A stretch of DNA of 64,000 nucleotides from Dehalococcoidia bacterium (GCA_965248065.1 OZ252088.1:1827343-1891342), one strand, 5' to 3'. Shown: positions 1 to 9,386, counted from the stretch's first letter. The notes: generated from the sequence alone by a model not told the origin. Translations and numbers: made by a program.

Positions 1-633
1 CGCATGAAGGCTGAATTGGAGAAGGTGCGCAGACACCGAGCACGCCACCGCGGCCAAAGGCTCAAGAGCGGCGTGCCGGTCGTCTCACTGGTCGGCTACA
101 CGAACGCCGGCAAGAGCAGTCTGATGAACGCCATCTCCACCGCAGGGGTGACTGCCCGCAACCAGCTTTTCTCCACGCTCGACCCGGTGACCCGCAGGGT
201 GCGCCTGCCAGGGGGCGAAACGGCGCTCTTCACCGACACGGTCGGGTTCATACAGAAGCTTCCCACGACGCTCGTGGCGGCCTTCCGGGCCACGCTGGAG
301 GAGGTGCAGGAGGCTACGGCGCTGGTCCATGTGGTCGATATCTCGCACCCGAACGCGGGCGAGCAGGCCGAGGTGGTCGAGCAGATTATCGAAGACCTTG
401 GCCTGACCGCGAAGCCGCGCGTGCTCGCGCTCAACAAGGCCGATCTCCTGGACCCGGACGTAGAATCGAGCTTCCTAGAGGATGCGGGGAACGCGACTGC
501 CGTCCTTACGTCGGCAGTGACGGGCCTGGGCTTGCAAGAGCTGCTGCTGGCGGTCGAGCGGGCGCTTGGAGCATGCGGCCCGCTCGCGGCTGAGCCGGCC
601 CAAGTAGGATTGACACTAACAAGACCGAGGTGA
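1..633 (+). CDS. hflX: GTPase HflX, C-terminal part (5' end outside window)
   Basis: GYTNAGKS G1, LFSTLDP G2, DTVGFI G3, AFRATLEE and NKAD G4 motifs. Confidence 0.93.
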   Translation, partial: RMKAELEKVRRHRARHRGQRLKSGVPVVSLVGYTNAGKSSLMNAISTAGVTARNQLFSTLDPVTRRVRLPGGETALFTDTVGFIQKLPTTLVAAFRATLEEVQEATALVHVVDISHPNAGEQAEVVEQIIEDLGLTAKPRVLALNKADLLDPDVESSFLEDAGNATAVLTSAVTGLGLQELLLAVERALGACGPLAAEPAQVGLTLTRPR

Positions 634-640
634 TGAACGG

Positions 641-985
641 ATGGCGGAAGGACTGTTCGAACTGCCCGTGAAACCATTCTTCGGCTGCGATGAAGACGGC
701 TTTGTCGTAGCGGACGGTAGCCAGATGCGCACCGTCGGAGCCGTCCTGTCGATCGAGCCGCTGCTCAAACTGACCGTCGCCCCCGGCAACGTCTTCGAGC
801 AGCGTCCGCTCCGCGTGACGGACCAAGACGTCCACAACGTTACGGTGGAATGCGAGGGCGGCGAGACCGTCTACCTGGACTTCTATGAGCTGAAGGCCCG
901 CAAGCAAGGCCCCGACGGCGAGTTCGTCTACAGGGGCCCACTCGATGAGGGCAACGACGGCCTCGGCTTCATGTCCGCCCGGTAG
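641..985 (+). CDS. hypothetical protein (114 aa)
   Basis: Clean ORF directly after hflX with genome-typical codon usage. Confidence 0.7.
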   Translation: MAEGLFELPVKPFFGCDEDGFVVADGSQMRTVGAVLSIEPLLKLTVAPGNVFEQRPLRVTDQDVHNVTVECEGGETVYLDFYELKARKQGPDGEFVYRGPLDEGNDGLGFMSAR

Positions 986-997
986 TCCGGCCCAATC

Positions 998-1435
998 AAG
1001 CGCCGAACAGGGCCGTGTCTGGCCGACGGATGTAGGTTGAGTCGTCTCGGCGCATCAGACTGGCCTGATGGGGGTCGGTTTGGTCAGGCGGCGTAGAGGG
1101 CCGTGTTTGGTTGGCGAACGTAGGTTGAGTCGCCTTGGCCCCTCAGACGGGCCTGTAAGGAAGTCGGCTTGGCCAAGCGCCGCATAGAGCCGTGTTTGGC
1201 CGACGGATGCAGGTTGTTTAGTCGTCTCGGCGCCTCAGACGGGTCTGTATGGAAGTTTGGCTTGGTTAAGCGCCACATAGAACCGTGTTTGGCCGATAGA
1301 TGTAGGTTGAGTCGTCTCAGCGCCTCAGACAGGCCTGTATGGAAGGTCGGTTGATCGAGCATCGTACAAGGCCGCGTCTAGTCGGGGGATGTAGGTTGAG
1401 TCGTCTTATGGCCTCAGACAGGGCCTGTAAGGGGT
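998..1435. repeat. degenerate tandem array, 5 units of ~89 bp
   Basis: Anchor G(T/C)AGGTTG..AGTCG at 1032, 1120, 1209, 1302, 1391 (periods 88, 89, 93, 89); CCGTGTTTGG and CTCAGAC.GGCCTGTA recur, with variation, in each unit. Confidence 0.9.
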
Positions 1436-1664
1436 ATTTTGGGAAGGCATGGCTGAATGGCCGTGATTGCGCCCTATTGACGTTATGTAAACTAAATGAT
1501 TCACGAGTCGGCTTCGGGAGGATGACAGCCCCCGCCCTGCTCTGTCGCCCTCGTTGACTCCGACGGGCGCCTGCTTCAACGTTGCGGGGTCGTATACTTA
1601 CCCATGAGGGCTGTAGCGTGGGCGCGACCACCGCAACGGCCCTCATCCTTTCCGGGAGCAAGCA

Positions 1665-2960
1665 ATGAATCCGCGGCGCAAGACCATGCGGCTCGCGATA
1701 GCCGCCGTGGCGATAGCAATCTTCGCCGCGCTTGTCCCCGCATGCGCCGCCTCGGAAGAGACTAGCGAGGTCGAACAAGTGATCGAGCGCCTTCAAGCAG
1801 ACTTCATCGACCGCGACGATGTCTCGGACGAGGAGCTCAGGCAGGCCGCCGTTCAGGGCATCCTCGACTACATCGACGACCCATACACCGCCTACCTCTC
1901 GCCCGAGCGCCACCAGGCCTTCCTCGAGTCGTTGCGCGGCGAGCCCTCGGACTTCGAAGGCATCGGCGCCAGCATCACCTACGAGGACAACCACATCGTC
2001 ATCCTTGGCCCCTTGCCGGGCTCGCCGGCTGAGCGCGCCGGTCTACTGCCCGGCGACGTGGTTCTCGCGGTGGGCGGCAACTCGACCCGTGGCCTGACGC
2101 TCGAGGAGACCGTCGCCATGATTCGCGGTCCCAAGGGCGCCGAGGTCGTCCTCACCGTCTCCCGCGCCGGCGCCTCCCTGCCCTTCGACATCCCAATCGT
2201 CCGCGACACGATTTCCCTGAGCTCGGTCCTGCCCCGTCTCCAGGGCGAGGGCATCGGCTACATTCGGCTCGTTGGGTTCGACGCGGCCACACCGGAGGCT
2301 TTCCCTGCAGCCATCGCCGACCTGCGCGCCGACGGCGCCGAAGGACTCATCCTCGATTTGCGCAACAACGGCGGAGGGCTCGTGGAAGCCGCCATCGCCG
2401 TCGTCTCCGAGTTCGTCGAAGCTGGCGAGGTCGTCCGCTGGGTCGACGCCGCAGGCGAGGAAACCGTCGAGAGCGTCACCGGCGAAGGGACTGCCTACGA
2501 CATGCCGCTCGTCGTGATTGTCAACGGCTACAGCGCCTCGGCGTCCGAGATCGTCGTAGGCGCGCTCCAAGACCACGAGCGCGCGCCCGCGGTTGGCGCG
2601 CGAACCTATGGCAAGGGCTCGGTGAACCTGCTCCACAGCTTGGACTCGGGCGCGGGCCTCTACATCACCATCGCCCGCTGGCTGACCCCGAATGGCCGCG
2701 AGATCGAGGGCGAAGGCCTTGATCCGGACATCCAAGTCGGCGATTCGCTGGACGTGCAAGCCCTCGCCCGCATCGGGGAGCTTAGCCGCGCTCTCTGCCG
2801 CGCCTACTCCGCCGAGACGGGCTCCTTGGGCGGCCAGGAACGGCTCGTCGAGTCGCTCGACAGCCTCTGTAACATCGAGCCGGACGCCCCGGAGCCGCCC
2901 TCGTCCGACGAGCAGCTCGCTGCCGCCGTCGCCGAGATCGAGAGGATGTTGGGGCGCTGA
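1665..2960 (+). CDS. ctpA: S41 family C-terminal processing peptidase (PDZ), probable lipoprotein
   Basis: DPYTAY, GIGA PDZ motif, LDLRNNGGG, SASASE catalytic Ser, TYGKG Lys; lipobox-like LVPAC. Confidence 0.9.
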   Translation: MNPRRKTMRLAIAAVAIAIFAALVPACAASEETSEVEQVIERLQADFIDRDDVSDEELRQAAVQGILDYIDDPYTAYLSPERHQAFLESLRGEPSDFEGIGASITYEDNHIVILGPLPGSPAERAGLLPGDVVLAVGGNSTRGLTLEETVAMIRGPKGAEVVLTVSRAGASLPFDIPIVRDTISLSSVLPRLQGEGIGYIRLVGFDAATPEAFPAAIADLRADGAEGLILDLRNNGGGLVEAAIAVVSEFVEAGEVVRWVDAAGEETVESVTGEGTAYDMPLVVIVNGYSASASEIVVGALQDHERAPAVGARTYGKGSVNLLHSLDSGAGLYITIARWLTPNGREIEGEGLDPDIQVGDSLDVQALARIGELSRALCRAYSAETGSLGGQERLVESLDSLCNIEPDAPEPPSSDEQLAAAVAEIERMLGR

Positions 2961-2961
2961 T

Positions 2962-3480
2962 ATGCCGTCGAAACGCAGTAAGAAAGCGAAGAAGAACGCT
3001 TCAGCGCTCCTCAAAACGGGCCAGCCCTACTTCAGGACGATCGCTGATAACCGCCGGGCCCGGTTCGACTACGACCTCATGGACCGCTTTGAGGCTGGCG
3101 TCGCGCTAACCGGCACGGAGATCAAGTCGGTGCGCGCGGGCCGCGTCAATATCCGCGACGCCTATGCTCAAGTGCGGAATGGCGAGATGTGGTTGCACAA
3201 CCTCCACATCGCCCAGTGGGAGGCCGCCGGCCCTTGGGGCCACGAGCCCACCCGCTCACGCAAGCTCCTGCTGCACGCGGAGGAGATTCGCAAGCTTGGC
3301 CAGTCCGCCGGAGAGAAGGGCCTCACCATCGTGCCCCTGCGCGTCTACATCAAGGGCCACCACGCCAAGATCGAGATTGCCCTCGCCAAGGGTCGGAGGC
3401 GGTACGACAAGCGCCAGGCCATCATCCGACGCGAGACCGACCGGGAGATTGCCCGCGCCATCCGCCGCGAGGTCGACTAA
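2962..3480 (+). CDS. smpB: SsrA-binding protein SmpB
   Basis: NRRARFDY, EAGVALTGTEIKSVR, RKLLLH, KGRRRYDKR; upstream of tmRNA. Confidence 0.97.
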   Translation: MPSKRSKKAKKNASALLKTGQPYFRTIADNRRARFDYDLMDRFEAGVALTGTEIKSVRAGRVNIRDAYAQVRNGEMWLHNLHIAQWEAAGPWGHEPTRSRKLLLHAEEIRKLGQSAGEKGLTIVPLRVYIKGHHAKIEIALAKGRRRYDKRQAIIRRETDREIARAIRREVD

Positions 3481-3505
3481 GGCCGCGCCGCGCTCGCGAA
3501 TATCC

Positions 3506-3547
3506 GTCATTCCCGCACAGGCGGGAACCTCGCAGCGGCGCGACAGC
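3506..3547 (+). repeat. REP-like palindrome family 1 (GTCATTCCC-N8-GGGAACCTCG(T/C)AGCGGCGCGACAGC)
   Basis: Other copies at ~11909, 28992, 30604 (half), 34451, 34541, 35200 (half), 37191, 45985, 46091, 47240/48291 (split by IS30), 49463. Confidence 0.85.
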
Positions 3548-3581
3548 AGCGCGGTCCCCTTTCCCCTCCGCCCCCCACCGC

Positions 3582-3622
3582 GACATCTGCCCCTTCCCCC
3601 AGCATCCTCATCTCCCTACCAT
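3582..3622 (+). promoter_or_regulatory. conserved promoter-like module copy A
   Basis: GACATCTGCCC-1nt-TTCCCC-17nt-TACCAT; same geometry at 11842-11882, 46502-46542, 61464-61504. Confidence 0.55.
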
Positions 3623-3898
3623 GTTTGTCTTGGATTTGTCGGAGGGTTCGCCTAAACCCGGCGCAGCCTAGCTGCCAGTCCAACTTACGAGTAAATTGCG
3701 CAGAATTGCACAGTTTTGCGCAATTCTTCCGCCATCCACTCGTAGGCCTGTGCATTTTACGAGTGAAGGCGAGCGCAAATTCGGCCGTTTGAGGCAAAAT
3801 TCGCGCAAACCGAGAGCCCCTGGGGCTCCTCCACCGTCTCGTTGGGATCTGGGCTGCGGAGTCTCATTGGGTGTACAATGTAGGTCGCTGAGAACCTT

Positions 3899-4251
3899 GG
3901 GGATGCGTGGTTTCGACAGGGGATCAGCTTGGCAGGATTGCAGGCCGAGTTCGCCGCACACTCGCTAATCAGACGGCAAACAAATTGACTGCCGACGAAC
4001 CAGTCGCTCTGGCTGCGTAAGTAACGCAACCACGTCCCGGAAGCCCGCCCCGACGGCTTCCGAAGGCGCTATATAGCCGGGGTGCTGCGACTCCGACGCC
4101 GCTGCGAGTCGCCTAAGATTTCGCGGCAGGCGGCTGGACGGCCCGCCGGTGGGCTTGTCCCGTGCGCCTCAATAAACACCGGCTAAGCCTGTAGCACATC
4201 TGCGCTGAGCGTCTTCTGGACGGGGAGTTCGACCCTCCCCCATCTCCACCA
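3899..4251 (+). ncRNA. ssrA: tmRNA
   Basis: 5' GGGGATG..GGTTTCGAC, 3' T-arm GTTCGAC and CCACCA end; tag ORF GCC GAC GAA CCA GTC GCT CTG GCT GCG TAA = ADEPVALAA (3991-4020); follows smpB. Confidence 0.96.
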
Positions 4252-4372
4252 CTACCCTGGCCAGGCTGTCTGATAACGCGCGCGTCTCGGATGCTGTGTC
4301 TGGCGCCTCGATGAGCACGGGCTGCGGCTGAAACCGGAGCGGGACGAGCTCCCTTCACTGCGGGCCGGCCCC

Positions 4373-4592
4373 CGTAACTGTTCAGAGTTCGTGAGATCCG
4401 TTTCGCCCAGCGGTCTCACCGATAGCACGGTTTACCTCTGGCCAGGTCATTATCCACGCTCTCCACAGCCATTCGCCTCATCAAGTGAGTTCTTCTTGAC
4501 CAGGGTATCGCCGAGAGACCAACTTTACCTCTGACTAAGGTCATATCCCCCGGCTCCGTAGGCATTCGCCTCCTCAACTCTGAACAGTTACG
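4373..4592. mobile_element. MITE-like element, 220 bp
   Basis: Perfect 17-bp TIR CGTAACTGTTCAGAGTT / AACTCTGAACAGTTACG, flanked by 5-bp direct repeat GCCCC; two internal ~55-bp imperfect direct repeats. Confidence 0.7.
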
Positions 4593-4715
4593 GCCCCAGG
4601 TATAGATTGCATATATATGAAGCTAGAGTTATAATTGTGGGCTGAGCCCTTCATCGCCGCAAGGCTTCTTGAGCGAAGGCCCTCTTCTGGTTTGCGGACA
4701 AGCGGAGAAATGCGT

Positions 4716-4937
4716 ATGACAACGAAGACCGAGACGAAGACAGCCCCGAACGCAGGCTTTTGCAAGGCCTCCCCTACGGGAGCGCACCACTGGGTCTTGG
4801 GCGCGCCAAGCGTGAAGATGGCGGGCGAGTGCAAGTACTGTCACGCCGCCCGCGAGTTCCGCCCGTTCGAAGAGAACATCGGCTTCAACAACAGCCCGAA
4901 GAGGCCCCGAAGCGCCGCTCAGACCGCCGGCGAGTAA
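4716..4937 (+). CDS. small putative Zn-binding protein (C..AHHW..CxxC)
   Basis: GGAGA RBS; Cys/His pattern CKASPTGAHHW...CKYC; AT-rich TATAAT-containing upstream region. Confidence 0.65.
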   Translation: MTTKTETKTAPNAGFCKASPTGAHHWVLGAPSVKMAGECKYCHAAREFRPFEENIGFNNSPKRPRSAAQTAGE

Positions 4938-4953
4938 GCTGGCGCGCGTCTTC

Positions 4954-6477
4954 TTAGCGCCCGTCCTCACGTACGAAGTCCGACAACCGCTCGCCGATCA
5001 TGATGCATGTGACGTTCGTTGCCGCGTGTGGCACCGTCGGAATGATTGACGCGTCGGCCACGTAGAGATTGTCCATGCCGTGCATCTTCAGCCGGTTGTC
5101 GACCACCGCCATCGGGTCCGACGCCAAGCCCATCATGCAGGTGCCGGACCCGTGGTGGTGGCTGTCGTACGTCGACTGAGCGTACTCGGCCCAGTCCTCG
5201 TCCTCCGTTGGCAGCATCAGTTTGCCGTAGTACGGGCGCATCAGGTCGTGCTGCATGAAGTCGTGCATGAAGTGCATCACGTTCAGCATGTCCGCGACGT
5301 CGTCCGGGTGTTGCAGCATCCCGTCGTCGACCACCGGAAGCTCGCGGGGGTCCGTCGAGTTCAGGTAGATGCGGCCGCGAGACTTCTGCTCCACCAGGTT
5401 CATCGCCACCGGCATCATCGGCTTCAGCCCTTCGACTCCCACCGGCGCGCGCATGTAGATGTGGAAGTTGCCCACGGGCAGGCCGGGGCTGGTCTTGTAC
5501 ACCAGCTGGAAGCCCGCGACTACCCAGTCGGGCGAGAACTCGCCAATGCCCTCGAAGGTCATGTTGACCGCCGCGTGGTCCTGATAATTCTTGCCGACGC
5601 CTTCCAGCGGATGGACGACCTTCACCCCCAACCGTTCGAGCTCGTCGACGGGGCCGATGCCGGACAGCATCAGCACCTGCGGGCTGTGGTACGTGCCAGA
5701 GCTGAGAACGAAGGTGTCGGCGGACGCGGTGTGCGTCTCGCCGCCCTGCTCGTACTGCGCCTCCGTGACCCGCGTGCCGTCCGTCCTGAGCGCAATCACG
5801 TGCGCGTCCCCGACGATTGTCAGATTCGACCGCCCGCGGGCCATGCCGATATAGGCGACCGCCGTAGACTGGCGGATGCCGTCTTTCACGTTCGAAGCCG
5901 ATGTCGAGAGGCCGAACCGAGTCGGCACGTTGCTGTCGGGCATGATGGGATAGCCCAGCCCGACGGCTCGGTCGACGAACGCTTGCATCGGCGGCGCGAG
6001 CTGCCCGTCGTCGATGGAGAGCTTTCGCTTCACCGTCAGCGGCCCGGCGTTTCCGTGGTGCGGCGCGTCGGGAAAGTCCTCGTCGGTCTCGATGCGCTTC
6101 AGCACCGGCAGACAGTCCTCATAGGACCAGCCGCGGTTGCCGAGCGACTCCCACCGGTCGAGGTCGTACTGCGTTGGCCGCGAGACGCCCATCATGTTGA
6201 CGGACGATCCGCCCCCGAGGATGCGGCCGCTCAGCGGGTAGTACTCGCTGCCGTCGATTTTCCGCTTCGTCGGATACATCACGACGTAGTCGGACTCGAG
6301 GATAGGCCGGTTGCTCCCCTTCCCGTCTGCGATGATTTCCGGGAGCGGCTGCGGGTCCGGCCCCGCCTCCAGCAGCAGCACGCGCCGCTTGGGATCTTCG
6401 GACAGCCGCGAAGCTGCGACGCACCCCGCCGAGCCCCCGCCTATGATGATGACGTCGTAGAACTGGCCCTGCTGCAT
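4954..6477 (-). CDS. GMC family FAD oxidoreductase (choline dehydrogenase-like)
   Basis: IIGGGSAG FAD motif, GRILGGGSSVN, LMLSGIG, HGSGTC, VADASIIP. Confidence 0.93.
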   Translation of the reverse strand: MQQGQFYDVIIIGGGSAGCVAASRLSEDPKRRVLLLEAGPDPQPLPEIIADGKGSNRPILESDYVVMYPTKRKIDGSEYYPLSGRILGGGSSVNMMGVSRPTQYDLDRWESLGNRGWSYEDCLPVLKRIETDEDFPDAPHHGNAGPLTVKRKLSIDDGQLAPPMQAFVDRAVGLGYPIMPDSNVPTRFGLSTSASNVKDGIRQSTAVAYIGMARGRSNLTIVGDAHVIALRTDGTRVTEAQYEQGGETHTASADTFVLSSGTYHSPQVLMLSGIGPVDELERLGVKVVHPLEGVGKNYQDHAAVNMTFEGIGEFSPDWVVAGFQLVYKTSPGLPVGNFHIYMRAPVGVEGLKPMMPVAMNLVEQKSRGRIYLNSTDPRELPVVDDGMLQHPDDVADMLNVMHFMHDFMQHDLMRPYYGKLMLPTEDEDWAEYAQSTYDSHHHGSGTCMMGLASDPMAVVDNRLKMHGMDNLYVADASIIPTVPHAATNVTCIMIGERLSDFVREDGR

Positions 6478-6592
6478 GTCTCGCTCCTCAGTTTGTACTG
6501 CTCGAAACTGGGCTCCCCTTCCCTACTCCCATCCGGCGGAAGAGCTTCTCTGCCGCTCTCCCGTCCACGGGATGGCTAGGAGAGGGCGCTCC

Positions 6593-8116
6593 CTACCGTC
6601 CCGCCTCGCGGACGAAGTCCGATAGGCGCTCGCCGATCATGATCGACGTGACGTTCGTGTTCGCATGGGTGACGGTCGGCATGATTGACGCGTCGGCCAC
6701 GTAGAGATTGTCCATGCCGTGCATCTTCAGCCGGTTGTCGACGACGGCCATCGGGTCCGACTCCGGGCCCATCATGCACGTTCCAACGCCGTGGTGGTAG
6801 CAGTCGTAGGTGGACTGCGCGTACTCGATCCAGTCGTCCTCCGGCCCTGGCTGCATCAGCCTGCCGAAGTACGGGCGCATCACCGCGTCGCCCACGAAGT
6901 CTTGGATGAACTCCATGGCCGTCCGCATCGCCTTTGTATCGTCGGGGTGCTGGAGGAGACCGTCGTCGATCGTGGGCAGCTCGCGGGGGTCCGTGGACGT
7001 GATGTAGACGTGGCCGCGCGACTTCTGCTCGATCATGTTGGCTGCGAACGGCATCAGCGGCTTGAGCCCCTCCACCATCATCGGCGCCCGCATATACAGG
7101 TGGAAGTTGCCGTTCGGGAGACTGGGGTCGCTCTTGTAGATAAGCTGGAACCCGGACACCACCCAGTCGGGCGTGAAGTCGGATGAGCTCTCGAACACCA
7201 TGTTGACCGCGGCGTGGTCCTGGTAGTTGTGGCCCACGCCCTTGAGCTCGTGAACGACCTCGATGCCCAGCGGCTCCAGGTCGGCCGCCGTGCCGATGCC
7301 GGAGAGCATGAGCACCTGTGGGCTGTGGTACACGCCTGCGCTCAGCACGAACGTGTCCGCCGCCGCCGTTCGTGTCTCGTTCCCCTGCGCGTACTCGACC
7401 TCCGTGACTCTTGCGCCGTCCGTCTTCAGCGAGACGACCGGGGCCTCGGCGATGACCGTCAGGTTCGGGCGGGAGCGCGCCGGCGCGAGGTATGCGACCG
7501 CCGTGGACTGCCGTTTGCCGTCCTTCACGTTGGAGGCCCCCCGCGAGATGCCGAAGGGATTGGGAATGTTCCTGTCCGGCAGTATTGGATAGCCCATGTC
7601 TCGCGCGCGCTGGACGAAAGCCTCCTGCGGCGCGTCCATCTGGTCGAACGAAAGCCGGCGCTTGACCGTCAGCGGCCCGGCGTTTCCGTGGTGCGGCGCG
7701 TCGGGAAAGTCCTCGTCGGTCTCGATGCGCTTCAGGACCGGCAGACAGTCCTCGTAGGACCAGCCGGGATTGCCCAGCGACTCCCAGCGGTCGAGGTCGT
7801 GCTGCGTGGGCCGGACGACGCCCATCATGTTGACCGACGACCCGCCGCCCAGCACGCGTCCGCTGATCGGGTAGTACTCGCTGCCGTCGATCTTGCGCTT
7901 CGTCGGATACATGATCACGTAGGGCGATTCCAGGATGGGCCGGTTGCTGCCCCTCCCGTCCGCGATGATGTCGGGTATGGGGTCCGGGTCGGGGCCTGCC
8001 TCCAGTAGCAGCACCCGCCGCTTGGGGTCCTCGGAGAGCCGCGTAGCGGCCACGCATCCGGCAGACCCTCCGCCCATCACGATGACGTCGTAAAAGCTGT
8101 TCTGTTGCATGTGCAC
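6593..8116 (-). CDS. GMC family FAD oxidoreductase, tandem paralog
   Basis: Same motifs; collinear with 4954-6477. Confidence 0.93.
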   Translation of the reverse strand: MHMQQNSFYDVIVMGGGSAGCVAATRLSEDPKRRVLLLEAGPDPDPIPDIIADGRGSNRPILESPYVIMYPTKRKIDGSEYYPISGRVLGGGSSVNMMGVVRPTQHDLDRWESLGNPGWSYEDCLPVLKRIETDEDFPDAPHHGNAGPLTVKRRLSFDQMDAPQEAFVQRARDMGYPILPDRNIPNPFGISRGASNVKDGKRQSTAVAYLAPARSRPNLTVIAEAPVVSLKTDGARVTEVEYAQGNETRTAAADTFVLSAGVYHSPQVLMLSGIGTAADLEPLGIEVVHELKGVGHNYQDHAAVNMVFESSSDFTPDWVVSGFQLIYKSDPSLPNGNFHLYMRAPMMVEGLKPLMPFAANMIEQKSRGHVYITSTDPRELPTIDDGLLQHPDDTKAMRTAMEFIQDFVGDAVMRPYFGRLMQPGPEDDWIEYAQSTYDCYHHGVGTCMMGPESDPMAVVDNRLKMHGMDNLYVADASIMPTVTHANTNVTSIMIGERLSDFVREAGR

Positions 8117-8254
8117 ACCTCTCGCTGCGCCTTTCGCCGACGCCCGCCGACGCGGGTGGAAGCATACTCTGTCGCGGCTGCAAGACCCAATCCTTGCCTC
8201 GCGGGGCTTGGGGCGGGATACTCGCGTTCCGGCTCACCGCCCGAGGAGATGGGA

Positions 8255-8797
8255 ATGACAGAGATCCCCGACTGGTACACGGAATTCGCGGCCGCGGTCG
8301 TCGCCGCCCTGCCCCGGGACATAGACGAGGCCGCGGCCAAAGGCTGGACGCAAGATGCTTCCGGCCTGCGTGAGGCGCTTAGCGTTCTCGCCGCGGGAGG
8401 CGGGATAGGCTCCCTGAAGAACGACAAGTCGTTGGACGGCTGGGAGCTCGTGAGAGACGTCACTGAGCCGGAGTCCATCTCCGCCGACACGATCGAGATG
8501 GCCCCTTTCGCCGAGGGCATCGAGGACCTCATCGGCGAGCCGATGGTGGAGTGGATTATGGGGATGCCGGACCTCCTTGGCCAGCGTCACGCCGAGTACC
8601 TGCTGGACCACCAGGAACAGATCCCCGAAGAGTTCCAACGCTACTCGCTGGTGTTCCCCGGCACCATCTGGAGGAGTCAGGACCAAAACCACCAGGTGCC
8701 CTGCCTCACCTGCCGCCAGGGCGTCTGGGACCTCATCTTCGGCATCCTCGAAGGCGGCTTCGACTCCCGCGACCGCATGGTCCAGGCGCCGAGGTGA
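8255..8797 (+). CDS. hypothetical protein
   Basis: GAGGAG RBS, coding-like codon usage. Confidence 0.75.
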   Translation: MTEIPDWYTEFAAAVVAALPRDIDEAAAKGWTQDASGLREALSVLAAGGGIGSLKNDKSLDGWELVRDVTEPESISADTIEMAPFAEGIEDLIGEPMVEWIMGMPDLLGQRHAEYLLDHQEQIPEEFQRYSLVFPGTIWRSQDQNHQVPCLTCRQGVWDLIFGILEGGFDSRDRMVQAPR

Positions 8798-8906
8798 GGA
8801 GGGCAGTGCGGGGGGGGGGCATGGCGCGAGCGGCGGGAGGCTCCGCGCTGCGCGAAACCGGTCGGTAGGGTACGATTGCCGCGACACAGTTCGTCAGGAG
8901 GCGCTC

Positions 8907-9386
8907 ATGCCGCGTGTAAGCTCGCTGGGACACATCGGCCTCTTCTGCAATGACCTGCCGGTCATGCGTGATTTCTACACCCGGGTGCTCGGGATGACGG
9001 TGACCGACGAGAACATGGAGCGCGGGATGGTGTTCCTTTCGGCAAGGCCCGGCGACGAGCACCACGAGCTCTTGCTCATGGGCGGACGCAACGGACCGGA
9101 GGACGCCAAGATCGTCCAACAGATCTCCTTCCACGTGGACAGCATCGACAGCGTGCGCGAGTTCCACCAGGGCTTCGAGGCTGATGGCGTGCCGGTCGAT
9201 TCCGTCGTCACCCACGGCAACACGGCCAGCGTCTACTTCCGGGACCCTGAAGGCAACCGGCTGGAGGTCTACTACAGCCTGCCCGTCGAGTGGCCCCAGC
9301 CGTTCAGGGCCGAGATCGACCTTACCCAGAGCACTGAGCAGGTGCTCCAACAGATCCACGAGGCGACGTTCGGCGCTAAGAAATAG
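8907..9386 (+). CDS. VOC/glyoxalase family protein
   Basis: LGHIGL...FYTRVLG, HHEL, SVYFRDPEGNRLE. Confidence 0.9.
   Translation: MPRVSSLGHIGLFCNDLPVMRDFYTRVLGMTVTDENMERGMVFLSARPGDEHHELLLMGGRNGPEDAKIVQQISFHVDSIDSVREFHQGFEADGVPVDSVVTHGNTASVYFRDPEGNRLEVYYSLPVEWPQPFRAEIDLTQSTEQVLQQIHEATFGAKK

Noticed and set aside
998-1435. Possible CRISPR array
   Set aside because: Similarity spans whole units; no unique spacers and no adjacent cas genes.
4252-4372. Integrative element at the tmRNA 3' end
   Set aside because: No integrase and no duplicated tmRNA 3' end seen in the window.
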